Assembly: GCA_000004985.1 (NCBI GenBank)
Contig: GG738876.1
Source: Naegleria gruberi
Taxonomy: Eukaryota
Direction: 5' to 3' (one strand)
DNA: 64,000 nt
Below the pieces are notes generated by a model that saw nothing but the letters and a program-made list of their open reading frames with translations, made no database searches and was not told where the DNA came from. Below, one piece after another: positions 10,054-20,235 of this stretch. The first letter of the stretch is position 1. Each line of letters opens with the position of its first letter. Made by a program: the position numbers and the translations under genes.

Positions 10054-11635
10054 ATGAATCAAGATGAAACTCTAGAAAATTCATCACCATCATCATCCGC
10101 TCTACCCAATTCAACTTCCGATATTAATCCTTCAGCTCCTATTATTAACAATGGTAATAAGAGTTTCTTTGCATTTGAAAAGAGTCCCATCGACATTGAT
10201 AGAGTAAAATTAATTCCAACCCAACATGTTCTCCAATCTCAAGTTTATGAAGCCATTTCCATGATGAATGATAAGAATGATTTAAATAATAACAATAATA
10301 ATAAGGAAATATTATCATCATCATTAATGTTGAAGAATTTTCCATTGTTAGAATGTATTCCACGTGTTCCGATGACAACTTCCTCTCATCAGATGGTCTA
10401 CGTTCCGAATATGAGAAGTATTTTAGTATGGGGAGGAGCAAAGGTTGAAATTAGACCTTTGGATTATAATTTATTGAGTGGAAGATATGTTAATGATGAG
10501 AATAGTGAGAAGGAGATTGGATTGAATCATTGGATTGATTCGGATGGATTGAAGATTGATGTTTCTGAAGTGAATGATAATGTCTTGTCGAGTTATTTGG
10601 ATACTTCATTCTCATGTTTGGATTTGAAGAGTGAGAAATGGGAAACTAGGATACATTGCTCTTTTAAAGAGTTTGAATCATCTATTCAAATGGAAAGTGG
10701 AAAATGATGAAAATGTGGAGACTATTTTCAATTGTTCACCAACTTCTTCAAAGACAAGTCATTCATGTATTTACAATGATAAGGATAATTTAATTTATAT
10801 TTTGGGAGGTGTTTCACATGATGTGGAACAAACATTGAAAATATTTACTTTTTCATTACAAAATAGACAGTGGACTTGTTATAATTTCAAAGATACACTC
10901 AATCCTAATATCCCTTCTCCACATTTGAAAGGTCAAGTTGCCACCTATAGACCACAAACAAACACTATCCATGTCTATGGAGGTCAATATATAGATGACT
11001 ATGAATTAATATCAAACGATTGTATTTATGTTTACAATTGCACCACTAGTAAATGGGAAAATAGGTTGGTACCAGACTTACCTATTCTAGGTCGTTCCTT
11101 TTCCACCTGTGCATATTGCAAGAAGGCAGATTCCATGTTTGTATTTGGTGGTGTTCTAAATGTTATTGGAGAATTGACCAATGAATTGTGTCAGTACAGT
11201 TTTTCAGAAAACCAATGGACTGTCTACAAATACGCCTCCTCTAAGCCAATTAAACCAGTTTATGGACATTGTATGTGCTTAATTGACGATCGTTACATGT
11301 TCATTTATGGAGGTTGTGAACAAGCATTGACACCAATTCCTTCCTCTCAGTGTATTGTTTTTGACATTCTTGCTCAGAGATGGTACGATTTGAGTGAAGT
11401 TTTACAATTATTCAATTCAGTAGAAAATCCAGCTCAGATGCCACCTCTCAATTCTTCATCAATAATTTTCGATGAAAATAGTAGAAGAATTATCATTTAC
11501 GGAGGAAATGAAATTGAAAATGGAAACAAGACTTCCAATACCAGATTTTTATTCTTACTCAAAGATGGAAATAACAATTTAGAAAATATGATTGGAAAAC
11601 CAAAACTTTCAGATGTTCTAGTGGAGACCTTATAA
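10054..11635 (+). CDS. Kelch-repeat (beta-propeller) protein; frame break near 10630-10720
   Basis: aaaaaaATG start. Kelch hallmarks are ILVWGG, LIYILGG, IHVYGG, MFVFGG, MFIYGG and IIIYGG, each followed by ...W... strands. ORFs 10054..10707 and 10631..11635 overlap in different frames. Candidate GT-AG introns are 10631..10697 (67 nt) or 10570..10648 (79 nt); an assembly indel is also possible. Confidence 0.65.
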
Positions 11636-11712
11636 AATGTCTATTTTCTATGTGAAATTCTTGATACTTCCAGTATCCACTCGAACTTCGTTCTCATACA
11701 CAAACCAAAAAA

Positions 11713-12213
11713 ATGCCAAAACCTGCACCGAGCAGAACTAAATTAACAACATCAATCGTATCCCATCCCTATGCAAAAAAGAAGGAAGAAATTAATCAAA
11801 TCAATTCAAAAATTCAAAAACTCACCACTTTTCAGAAAAGAGTGTATGTTGCATTAACTAGAATTCCTTCGGGTCGGGTTACAACTTATGCCGGGTTGGC
11901 CAATTACTTGGATTGTAAATCGTCACAAGCAGTTGGTCAGGCATTGAAGAGAAATCCATTTGCTCCTGAAATTCCTTGTCATCGTGTTATAAAATCCAAT
12001 ACGTTTCATATTGGAGGATTTATGGGGAAAACCGAGGGAGATGAAATTGTAAAAAAGACAAGGTTATTGAAAGAGGAAGGAGTTGAATTTGATTCTAGTG
12101 GTGTGTTGATTGATAGAAAATTGATTCATTCCTTTGCAGATGATTCTGAATTGGAGAAGGATGACAAGGAGCTTGATTCACTTCTTTGTGATTTGTTAAA
12201 TTTCAAAAAATAA
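11713..12213 (+). CDS. MGMT: O6-methylguanine-DNA methyltransferase (methylated-DNA-protein-cysteine methyltransferase)
   Basis: The active-site motif PCHRV is present, inside the canonical context TTYAGLANYL...SSQAVGQALKRNPFAPEIPCHRVIKSN...GGF.G. aaaaaaATG start. Confidence 0.9.
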   Translation: MPKPAPSRTKLTTSIVSHPYAKKKEEINQINSKIQKLTTFQKRVYVALTRIPSGRVTTYAGLANYLDCKSSQAVGQALKRNPFAPEIPCHRVIKSNTFHIGGFMGKTEGDEIVKKTRLLKEEGVEFDSSGVLIDRKLIHSFADDSELEKDDKELDSLLCDLLNFKK

Positions 12214-12250
12214 TATTGTAAATAGATTCCAATATTTGTAAATAATTACA

Positions 12251-13326
12251 TTATTTCATTTCCATCTTTTCTTCATACTTTTTATATTCTATAATTTCGT
12301 AGAGCTCGCTTCTAGTTTGCATTGTAGAAAGTACAGGTTCAACAGTTCCATTCTTGGAAATTGATTCGTACACATTCTTTGCAGCTTTAGCCATAGCTCT
12401 AAATGCACTCAATGGGTGGAGAACCATTGAAACACCAACACTAGCCAATTCTTCTCCAGTAAACAGAGGTGTTTTACCTAAAATTTAGATATTGAAATAT
12501 TGAAATTCAAATCTTTGAAATATTCGAAATAATACTTACCAAATTCTGTAATATTGGCCAAAATTGGAACATTTACTTGCTCTACAAAGGCTTTATACTC
12601 TTCCAGAGTTGTGCATGCTTCAGGGAACAACATATCTGCACCAGCATTCACATACTGTTTTGCTCTTTCAATTGCCTTTTCCAATCCTTCAACTGCCAAC
12701 GCATCAGTTCTAGCAATAATGACAAAATCCGAATCCACCCTAGCTTCACAAGCTGCCTTAATTTTCTCCACCATTTCCTCCGTACTAACTATTTGCTTAT
12801 TAGGTAAATGTCCACAACGTTTCACACTTTGAATTTGATCCTCAATATGAATAGCTGCTACTCCAACTCGTTCCATCTCTCTTACACACCTCATCACATT
12901 CAAAACTCCTCCAAATCCTTTTTCAAAATTAATATTTATTTCCATTCAATATAAATATAATATTAAATATAATATAATAAATATAATAATTAAAATATCA
13001 ATTCCATAAAAACACATACCAGTATCCACATCCACAAGTAATGGCAAATTAGTACATGATGTAATTCTCCTTGCATCCTCCAAAACATCACTCAAATTAG
13101 TCATTCCCATGTCTGGTAATCCAAAACTAGCTGTGGCCACACCACTTCCACTCAAATAAATTGCCTGATGACCACATTCTTCTGCTAACAAGGCTGTAAA
13201 TGCATTGATGGTTCCGACAATGTGGAGTGGTTGTTTATTGTTTTGGTTTTGGTTTTGGAGGGAAAGTTTGAATTTCTTCCCTGGAGAGAGTTTGGTAGAG
13301 GGTGATTGGCAAATTGTGTTGAGCAT
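12251..13326 (-). CDS. Methylisocitrate lyase / PEP-mutase-isocitrate-lyase superfamily enzyme (PrpB-like), three exons
   Basis: Exons are 13326..13020, 12917..12540 and 12477..12251. The introns are 12918..13019 (102 nt, gtatgt...aaaaag) and 12478..12539 (62 nt, gtaagt...tttag). Both are phase 1 and split Gly codons. The spliced product reads ...LLVDVDTG|FGGVLNV...KRCGH...ANITEFG|[10 protein letters not shown]..., collinear with bacterial PrpB and including the K-[KR]-C-G-H signature. Confidence 0.85.
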
Positions 13327-13854
13327 TTTTTTTTTGGTTTTGGAAATTTGGAATTGTTTTGAATTTCGAATAGAGGAATCGCTTAATATTTGGAGGATTA
13401 TTTGGTCAATATTCTTGAGGTTAATGAGAAGTGTTGAATTAATAAAGTTAGCTCTTAAAATTTATTCTATTTGTTTCAAGTTCTTGTTTGAACTATGTGA
13501 GGATTAGGATACGAATTTGATGTGGTGCTGTTTTAAACATAAATTCTTATTGGAAAGTTGTTTGATTTAATCAGAAAGGTCAATTGCTAAATTTTGGGTT
13601 TCCGATAGCCAAATTGTGGATTCGAATAGACTTCCTAGACCTGTAAGAACATGGCGACGAACTCTATAGAATTCCATTCCCTCTCCAAGCTCAAGTTCTG
13701 TGCGCTACATGACAACATGTGAAAGAAACTTACTGCAATAAAAACCTTCATATCTGCGTACATTTCGTACCAATAGAAAGAAAACTAAACCAATTTCCAA
13801 ACACCCAAAAAAAAACGAAACAAACTCTCAAGAACCCAACAACAAATTCTCAAA

Positions 13855-15183
13855 ATGAATCATCTTAAACGATTGATTGTTTTGGCTCTTGTAGTTGTAC
13901 TCATGTTTGTCGTCTCACTTTCACATGCTCAAGACGAACAACAGGAAAACAACAATAAGAGACCACCAAGACCTTTACCTTCAGGTAGACCACCAAGACC
14001 ACATCCAGATCATTCTGGAGGGCGACCACCTCGCCCATTCCCATCTGGAGGAAGACCACCACGTCCAGATCATTCAGGAAGAAGACCAAGACCAGATCAT
14101 TCTGGTGAGAGACCACATCCACCAGGTCCACAACCAGATCATTCAGGAAGAAGACCACCAAGACCTGGTCCACATCCTGGTCAATCAGGATTACCACCAC
14201 GTTCTGATGAACAAGATGGTCAAAGTGAAAATAGACCTCGTCCACCAAGACCTCATCCAGAACGTTCAGGTGAAAGACCACATCCAAGACCTTTCCCATC
14301 TGGAGGTAGACCACCAAGACCAGACCACTCAGGAAGAAGACCAGGTCCACATCCAGATCATTCTGGAAGACCACCTCGTCCACATCCAAGACCAGAACCA
14401 TCTTCTGAAGATGACGAACACTCTGATAGACTTGAACAAGGAAACAGACCTCGTCCACCAAGACCAGATCGTTCAGGTTTGCCACCTCGTCCATTCCCAT
14501 CTGGAGGAAGACCACCAAGACCAGATCATTCAGGAAGAAGACCACATCCAAGACCTGAACACTCTGGTGAGAGACCACATCCAAGACCAGCTCACTCTGG
14601 TGAAAGACCACCAAGACCAGATCATTCAGGAAGAAGACCAAGACCAGGTCCACAACCAGACCAATCGGGAAGACCACCTCGTCCTTATCCAGAACATTCT
14701 GGTGAAAGACCAGGCCCACGTCCTCAACCACAAGAATCAACTTCATCCTTAATAGGTGAAAGACCACCAAGACCTGATAGATCTGGAAGACCACCTCGTC
14801 CATTCCCATCTGGAGGCAGACCACCAAGACCAGGCCCATCTGGAGGAAGACCAGGTCCTGGACCAGGTCCACAACCTGATGTTTCATCTGTTGAAGATCC
14901 ACTCATTGATGCTCAAAATAATACCAAGAATGAAATTCCAAATGGACCATCCAATGGTTCTGATGCTTTGGCCATTGTCTTTGGTGTTATTGGTGCAATT
15001 GTTGTCATGGCTGCTATTGCTCTTGTCATTGGAAGTGGAATTGCTGTTTTTGTTTTGAAGAAGAAGGGTTATTCACTCTCATTGAAGAAACATCAAATGT
15101 TGAGAGATGAAGACGAATTTGAATATCCACAACAAGACCAAACTCCAATTTACTCTGTCAATCAACCAGTTGCTCAAAATTAG
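13855..15183 (+). CDS. Type I membrane protein with a Pro/Arg/His/Gly-rich decapeptide-repeat ectodomain
   Basis: Signal peptide (LIVLALVVVLMFVVSLSHA). There are about 30 degenerate units of the types FPSGGRPPRP, DHSGRRPRP and HSGERPHPRP. After these come one TM helix (ALAIVFGVIGAIVVMAAIALVIGSGIAVFVL) and a 50-aa tail beginning KKKGYSL. Confidence 0.8.
   Translation: MNHLKRLIVLALVVVLMFVVSLSHAQDEQQENNNKRPPRPLPSGRPPRPHPDHSGGRPPRPFPSGGRPPRPDHSGRRPRPDHSGERPHPPGPQPDHSGRRPPRPGPHPGQSGLPPRSDEQDGQSENRPRPPRPHPERSGERPHPRPFPSGGRPPRPDHSGRRPGPHPDHSGRPPRPHPRPEPSSEDDEHSDRLEQGNRPRPPRPDRSGLPPRPFPSGGRPPRPDHSGRRPHPRPEHSGERPHPRPAHSGERPPRPDHSGRRPRPGPQPDQSGRPPRPYPEHSGERPGPRPQPQESTSSLIGERPPRPDRSGRPPRPFPSGGRPPRPGPSGGRPGPGPGPQPDVSSVEDPLIDAQNNTKNEIPNGPSNGSDALAIVFGVIGAIVVMAAIALVIGSGIAVFVLKKKGYSLSLKKHQMLRDEDEFEYPQQDQTPIYSVNQPVAQN
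13960..14890 (+). repeat. In-frame degenerate ~30-nt coding repeat array (P/R/H/G-rich)
   Basis: Near-identical nucleotide blocks such as agaccaccaagaccagatcattcaggaagaagacca recur throughout. The lack of stop codons produces long spurious ORFs in another frame and on the opposite strand. Confidence 0.8.
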
Positions 15184-15579
15184 GTTCAATTTAAGTTTTT
15201 CAAAGATTATCGAGCGATAATAACACATTAATTTGCACTACTCTAAAGTGTGCATTCTCTCCTTGTGAGTACAAATTTACAAAATAAATACATTATTTCA
15301 TTGGTAAATTGATTGGTCTGAAAACTTAATTGTAATCTTTCCTTTATTAAAATCTCAAAGTAAAATTCCAACATCATCAATTTAAAAAATTGTCGTTAGA
15401 GCTCCTTCTCTTTGTTCATCATCATCAGTAATAATAATACTTGTGCGTTGAGAAGAATTGTTCTTTTGGTGGATCATCACAATTTGACTTGAGGAATTTA
15501 AATTATCTTTCACAAACAATTCAACGTTTTGATTAAACCTATTGCTTTTTTGTATATTTGTGGAACATTAGGTATTAGG

Positions 15580-17409
15580 ATGAAGAATAGTTATTCCACA
15601 TCAACGAGTGGTGGAATTTTATATAGTTCCGAATTTATTCAAGTTAATTTAGCTGCTGATGCAAAGGGTGATGAAGAAAATGGTTTTCAACCCAAGGCTG
15701 CATGTGTCTCTTGTAGAAAGCTACATCGTCGATGCTCAAAGGAATTTCCGAAATGCTCTGAATGTGTTACTCATCACAGAAAGTGTATTTACATGGATAC
15801 AAAAACAAAAGAAAGAAATCTAGCCTCATCATCATCAACAGATCGCACTACTAGTAGAGATAGTAGGGGTAATAACCAGAATAATAATAACAGCAAACGA
15901 TCAATGAGGAGAGCAGCGTCTACAATTGAAGAACCTCAAATTGCAATCACAGAGGGACTAATTAAGAAAAGTATCAAGAGACAAACGTTCAATGTCTATA
16001 TGGACTTGGTTTGTATGGGACTACCATTCATTACCCCTCAAAATTTTGAAAACATGCTCTTTTCTGAGAATATTCTGAATCAAAACACTAATGCAACCAG
16101 TATTAAGGCATTATTTCTATCAATACAGTCATTGTGTGATCAACGGTTTGGAAGAAGGGATGCTGCTATTGCTGCCTTCAATGAAGCAAAAAGTGAGCTA
16201 CATCAAGTTTTTGAAGATTACGATAACTATCTAAATATTTGTACATATAATAATTTAGCTTACTTTTCTGGTGCTGAGGGAGAGGATCAAATGTCACAAT
16301 GGTTCATGTCACCAGTAGAGTATTACCTATCAAAATATTCTGAATTGAATTTTAATTCCCATAACGAGCTGATAGGACTTGCCTTTGAAAATTTGAACAA
16401 AGGGAGTGGAATAACTAAATTATTTTATTTTGATAATAGATACAAATGGACAAGTCTCACTTTTGGAGATTATATAGGAATACCTTTCAAGTTATCTACT
16501 GGGAAAAGATTACCTCCTGAATTGAAGCAATTGGTGGATCGTGATTTGAATGAAAACACAGCACAAGCTGAGTCAGCAGTTCTTCAATGCATTCTTCAAT
16601 TTATGAAACAACACCATCAAAAGCTTGTGCATTCACCTGGTTTTCTCAACTTGTCTCGCATAGTGGATGTATCTAGTTTTACCAAAACAAGAATAGAATC
16701 ACTCCGAGTACTCTATTCAAAAGCAAATAGCCAAGAAAAGAGAGAGTTATTTTTCAAAGAAATGCTCAATCTTGCAAATACGACTACTGAACTAAGCAAG
16801 GATGATCTATTCCCATACATTTTACCTACCAATATTTTTGGTTTTGCTCTAGCTGCAGAAATTCATTTGGAAGCATTGTCTAATTTTTCTCATTTAGTAT
16901 CTGTTAGCGAAATTTTAGGGCATCTCAAACAAGATTTCCTAGCCCTTACTGTCCTTGCAAGGAAATATGGAAGAGTGCAGAAAGTTTATGGGTACATCTA
17001 TGATGAAATTCAGTCGGTATTGTTAAATAATGGAGTTCCTGCTGAAGAGTTATTGAACCTCATTTCTAATAATTCATTCAAAACACCATCTACCCCTAAA
17101 TTATATCCCCCTATTACTGTAAATAATCAAACCCATACAATTTCTCCCACCAACAACTCAACAGATCAAGTTATAACTTCTGAAAACTCTTCGCCCACTT
17201 CTGAAAATGTATCAAAGAAGAAGGATTTTCCATCGGCAGCTTTTCTTAATAATACGCTTCGTAATTTCAAGAAAACAATTTCCAACCAAGAAATTTGCAC
17301 GATAACTCCTCGAAGTTCTACAACATCAGATAGCCCAATTAATGAGGAAGAAATATCCTGCTTGAAAAATCAAACACTCTCAATACTGCAACAAACATTT
17401 TCAAAATAA
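15580..17409 (+). CDS. Zn(II)2Cys6 binuclear-cluster transcription factor (paralogue 1)
   Basis: CVSCRKLHRRCSKEFPKCSECVTHHRKC has the spacing C-x2-C-x6-C-x6-C-x2-C-x6-C. The first in-frame ATG is at 15580; the track start at 15529 is TTG. The region after the cluster is collinear with the two regulators at 44288..49994. Confidence 0.8.
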   Translation: MKNSYSTSTSGGILYSSEFIQVNLAADAKGDEENGFQPKAACVSCRKLHRRCSKEFPKCSECVTHHRKCIYMDTKTKERNLASSSSTDRTTSRDSRGNNQNNNNSKRSMRRAASTIEEPQIAITEGLIKKSIKRQTFNVYMDLVCMGLPFITPQNFENMLFSENILNQNTNATSIKALFLSIQSLCDQRFGRRDAAIAAFNEAKSELHQVFEDYDNYLNICTYNNLAYFSGAEGEDQMSQWFMSPVEYYLSKYSELNFNSHNELIGLAFENLNKGSGITKLFYFDNRYKWTSLTFGDYIGIPFKLSTGKRLPPELKQLVDRDLNENTAQAESAVLQCILQFMKQHHQKLVHSPGFLNLSRIVDVSSFTKTRIESLRVLYSKANSQEKRELFFKEMLNLANTTTELSKDDLFPYILPTNIFGFALAAEIHLEALSNFSHLVSVSEILGHLKQDFLALTVLARKYGRVQKVYGYIYDEIQSVLLNNGVPAEELLNLISNNSFKTPSTPKLYPPITVNNQTHTISPTNNSTDQVITSENSSPTSENVSKKKDFPSAAFLNNTLRNFKKTISNQEICTITPRSSTTSDSPINEEEISCLKNQTLSILQQTFSK

Positions 17410-18062
17410 TTCATGAAATAATACACCAAGTGACTTGATACATGATTGGTTTCAAGTTGGAGATTTGGAAAAGGAAAGAGAATATGATATTTAAAATAAT
17501 TCTTCCAACAAAATTCTCAGCAACTCATCCCTTCCCTTCTTGTCCAATATAACAAGAGAAAAAGTTTTTGCTGATTTCAGCAAGGAATTGAATTGGAACG
17601 CACGTTTAAAGCTAAAGAAAATTCTATTCCATAGATTATTGTAAAATGTTTTCAATTATACTCTTAATAAAACAAAACTCAAACTGGACCACCCTTTACA
17701 AAATCTTCACAACCTGTACAAAGATTCTCTCTCCTGAATTTCCCGTTGATGTCCTTCAAGCAATTTTTCAGCGATTGGCGACGGAAAATTAAAATCTAAA
17801 CATCGAAAAAAAAAATTCTCTCTCGTTGATTCTGTGTTTTCATCAATCATCACATTATCATTTTGTGCGGAGAGGATATCATCAAGAACAATAACAACAA
17901 CATCATTTCTCTCTCTGTGTGTGTAGACAAAGTAGAACAGGAGAAGATTTTATAGTAACAAAACCCGACGAGTGATTTTGATATCATCACGAAAGATTGT
18001 ATTTTCGATATTATACATCATCAATATAATTTATATAGTAGTACTACATTATTTAAATAAGA

Positions 18063-20207
18063 ATGCCTGCAACACACTCAAAAGTAGAATTGCCAACCAA
18101 GAGTGATTATTGGCTTGAACAAATGATTCTTGATATGATTCATTCGTTTGATGGACTCACCGCTAGGAAAGTACTCACAAGTAAATATACATACATTGCA
18201 ATTGCACTTGCTGTTGCTGTCAAGTTTGGTTCATCCTACTTGTTAAAAAAGAAGAAGAAGAATTTACCAGCACACAACAAACCACGTTCCTCAAATACAT
18301 CAAAAGATTCCACTTTGAAAAAGTTCTGGAGTTTGGTTAAAATTGGTCTTTTTAATCCAAATGGAGCAGGAAATTCTAGTGCAATGAAATATAAAACAGA
18401 TCCTGCCAATGGAAGAGAAATATGGATTATGGTTGGCCTTGCTTCCCTTGTTATCTTCCAAACATATATTGTTAATAGAAACAACAGTGTCAGTGGTGAC
18501 TTGATGGCTAGTTTAGTTGCCAGAGATTCTGCAACTTGTATTTATAGATTACTCCAAATTACAGGTATTTTAATCTTACAATCTCTGGTCAATCCATCCG
18601 TTACATCACTTATTGAAACACTTGCTTTGAGAATGAGAAAGAATTTGACTATGGATATTCATGATCGTTATTATACAGATATGGTTTACTATAAGATTTT
18701 GAATTTGGATAAGAGAGTTGGTGCTCCAGATCAAAGAATTACTCAAGATGTTGAAGTTTTCTGCAAACAATTCTCTGAATTATTTATGGATCTCTTGAAT
18801 CCAATTGTAGAAGTTTTATTGTATACTTACGAGCTTACTAGATTGATTGGTTCTGGTGGTCCACTCAGTATTATTTCATATGTCGTCATTGCCTTTGGTG
18901 TTTTGGGTATGGTCACACCAAACTTTACAAAGATGTCATCTGAAGTTCAAAATAAGGAAGGTAAATTCAGATCCATTCACAATAGATGTAAGAATAATGC
19001 CGAACTTGTTGCCTTCTATGCTGGTGAAGAAACTGAACGTTTGAAGATTGAAAAACAATTCGAAGAATTGACATCATACAGTGACTATGTCATTAACAAG
19101 AATTTCTTATTCGGTGTTGTTAATGATTACTTTACCAAATATTCTCCTCATGCTGTTACCTCAGTCATTGTTGGTATTCCAGTCTTCTTTGGTAGATTAC
19201 GTCCATTGCCAAAGGACAAACTTATGGGTCAATTGAGATATTTAATCTCTGTTGTTGCATTTGAATTCTTTGCTTTGGGTAAAATCATTGAACTTTTCAG
19301 AAAGATTTTGAAATTGTCAGGTATGACACAACGTGTCCACTTGTTGTATCAAGTCATGGATGAACTCAAGCATGGTAACTCTGATAATGTTAACTTTAAG
19401 TTAAAGTCTGCCAAGGCTGGTGGTTCAGGAGGTGAAATTCTTGAAAGTGATGAAATCAAATTTGACAATGTCATTATCAGAACACCAGATAATATTACAT
19501 TGGCTCGTAATTTATCTTTCAATGTTGGTAAGAATCAACACATTGTTATTACTGGTCCAAATGGAGCTGGTAAATCATCATTGTTTAGAATTTTGGGTTC
19601 TTTGTGGCCTCTTCACAGTGGTATTGTCTACAAACCACAAGCTAAGGGTTCAAATGCTCAAGGTTTGCACAAGGAAATCTTCTACTTACCTCAAAAGCCA
19701 TACAATGTTATTGGATCTCTTCGTAGTCAAATTATCTATCCTGATACGCAATTGAAGGATGGATGGAAAGATTCTAATTTGAAGGAACTTTTGGATGACT
19801 TTAGTATTGGTTATTTGGCAGGACGTCACTCAGATGGATTTGATGGTAAACAAGATTGGGACACCTTGTCAAGAGGTGAACAACAAAAATTGGCCATGGT
19901 TCGTCTTTTCTACCACAAGCCAAAGTATGCCATTTTGGACGAATGTACCTCATGTATTTCTGCCGACTCTGAACAAGAATTATACGGAAGATGTGCCAAG
20001 AATGGTATTACTTGTATCACTATTTCACACAGACCAGCCCTCGAAAAGTATCACACTCAAAGACTTGTTTTCAATGGTATGGGTGGTTGGAAATGGGAAG
20101 CCATTAAGGAATGGACTGAAGAAAGTTCTAGTTATGAAGTTAAGGGTGAAGATAATACATTCCGTGACGATAAGGAAGAGGAAGCTGTTGAAGCAACCAA
20201 AGAATAA
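18063..20207 (+). CDS. ABC transporter subfamily D half-transporter (peroxisomal ALDP/PMP70 type)
   Basis: An N-terminal TM domain is followed by one NBD. Walker A is GPNGAGKSS, the signature is LSRGEQQKLAMVR and Walker B is YAILDECTS. LFRILGSLWP and TISHRP are typical of ABCD proteins. Confidence 0.9.
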   Translation: MPATHSKVELPTKSDYWLEQMILDMIHSFDGLTARKVLTSKYTYIAIALAVAVKFGSSYLLKKKKKNLPAHNKPRSSNTSKDSTLKKFWSLVKIGLFNPNGAGNSSAMKYKTDPANGREIWIMVGLASLVIFQTYIVNRNNSVSGDLMASLVARDSATCIYRLLQITGILILQSLVNPSVTSLIETLALRMRKNLTMDIHDRYYTDMVYYKILNLDKRVGAPDQRITQDVEVFCKQFSELFMDLLNPIVEVLLYTYELTRLIGSGGPLSIISYVVIAFGVLGMVTPNFTKMSSEVQNKEGKFRSIHNRCKNNAELVAFYAGEETERLKIEKQFEELTSYSDYVINKNFLFGVVNDYFTKYSPHAVTSVIVGIPVFFGRLRPLPKDKLMGQLRYLISVVAFEFFALGKIIELFRKILKLSGMTQRVHLLYQVMDELKHGNSDNVNFKLKSAKAGGSGGEILESDEIKFDNVIIRTPDNITLARNLSFNVGKNQHIVITGPNGAGKSSLFRILGSLWPLHSGIVYKPQAKGSNAQGLHKEIFYLPQKPYNVIGSLRSQIIYPDTQLKDGWKDSNLKELLDDFSIGYLAGRHSDGFDGKQDWDTLSRGEQQKLAMVRLFYHKPKYAILDECTSCISADSEQELYGRCAKNGITCITISHRPALEKYHTQRLVFNGMGGWKWEAIKEWTEESSSYEVKGEDNTFRDDKEEEAVEATKE

Positions 20208-20235
20208 CTCGATTCAAAAAATACAATTAAATTAT

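Noticed and set aside
13960-14890. The ~30-nt repeat array as a CRISPR array or satellite
   Set aside because: The repeats are degenerate, contiguous (no unique spacers), in frame and translated as part of a signal-peptide/TM protein. The window is also eukaryotic.
13895-14902. Long ORFs 13895..14752 (+, 285 aa), 13901..14902 (-, 333 aa), 14724..14906 (-) and 14756..15058 (+), which overlap the Pro/Arg-repeat gene
   Set aside because: These are by-products of a stop-free repeat made of CCA/AGA/CAT/GGT-type codons. The frame at 13855..15183 has the signal peptide, the TM helix and the A-rich leader. The other frames give implausible His/Asp/Leu/Val-rich products with no start context.
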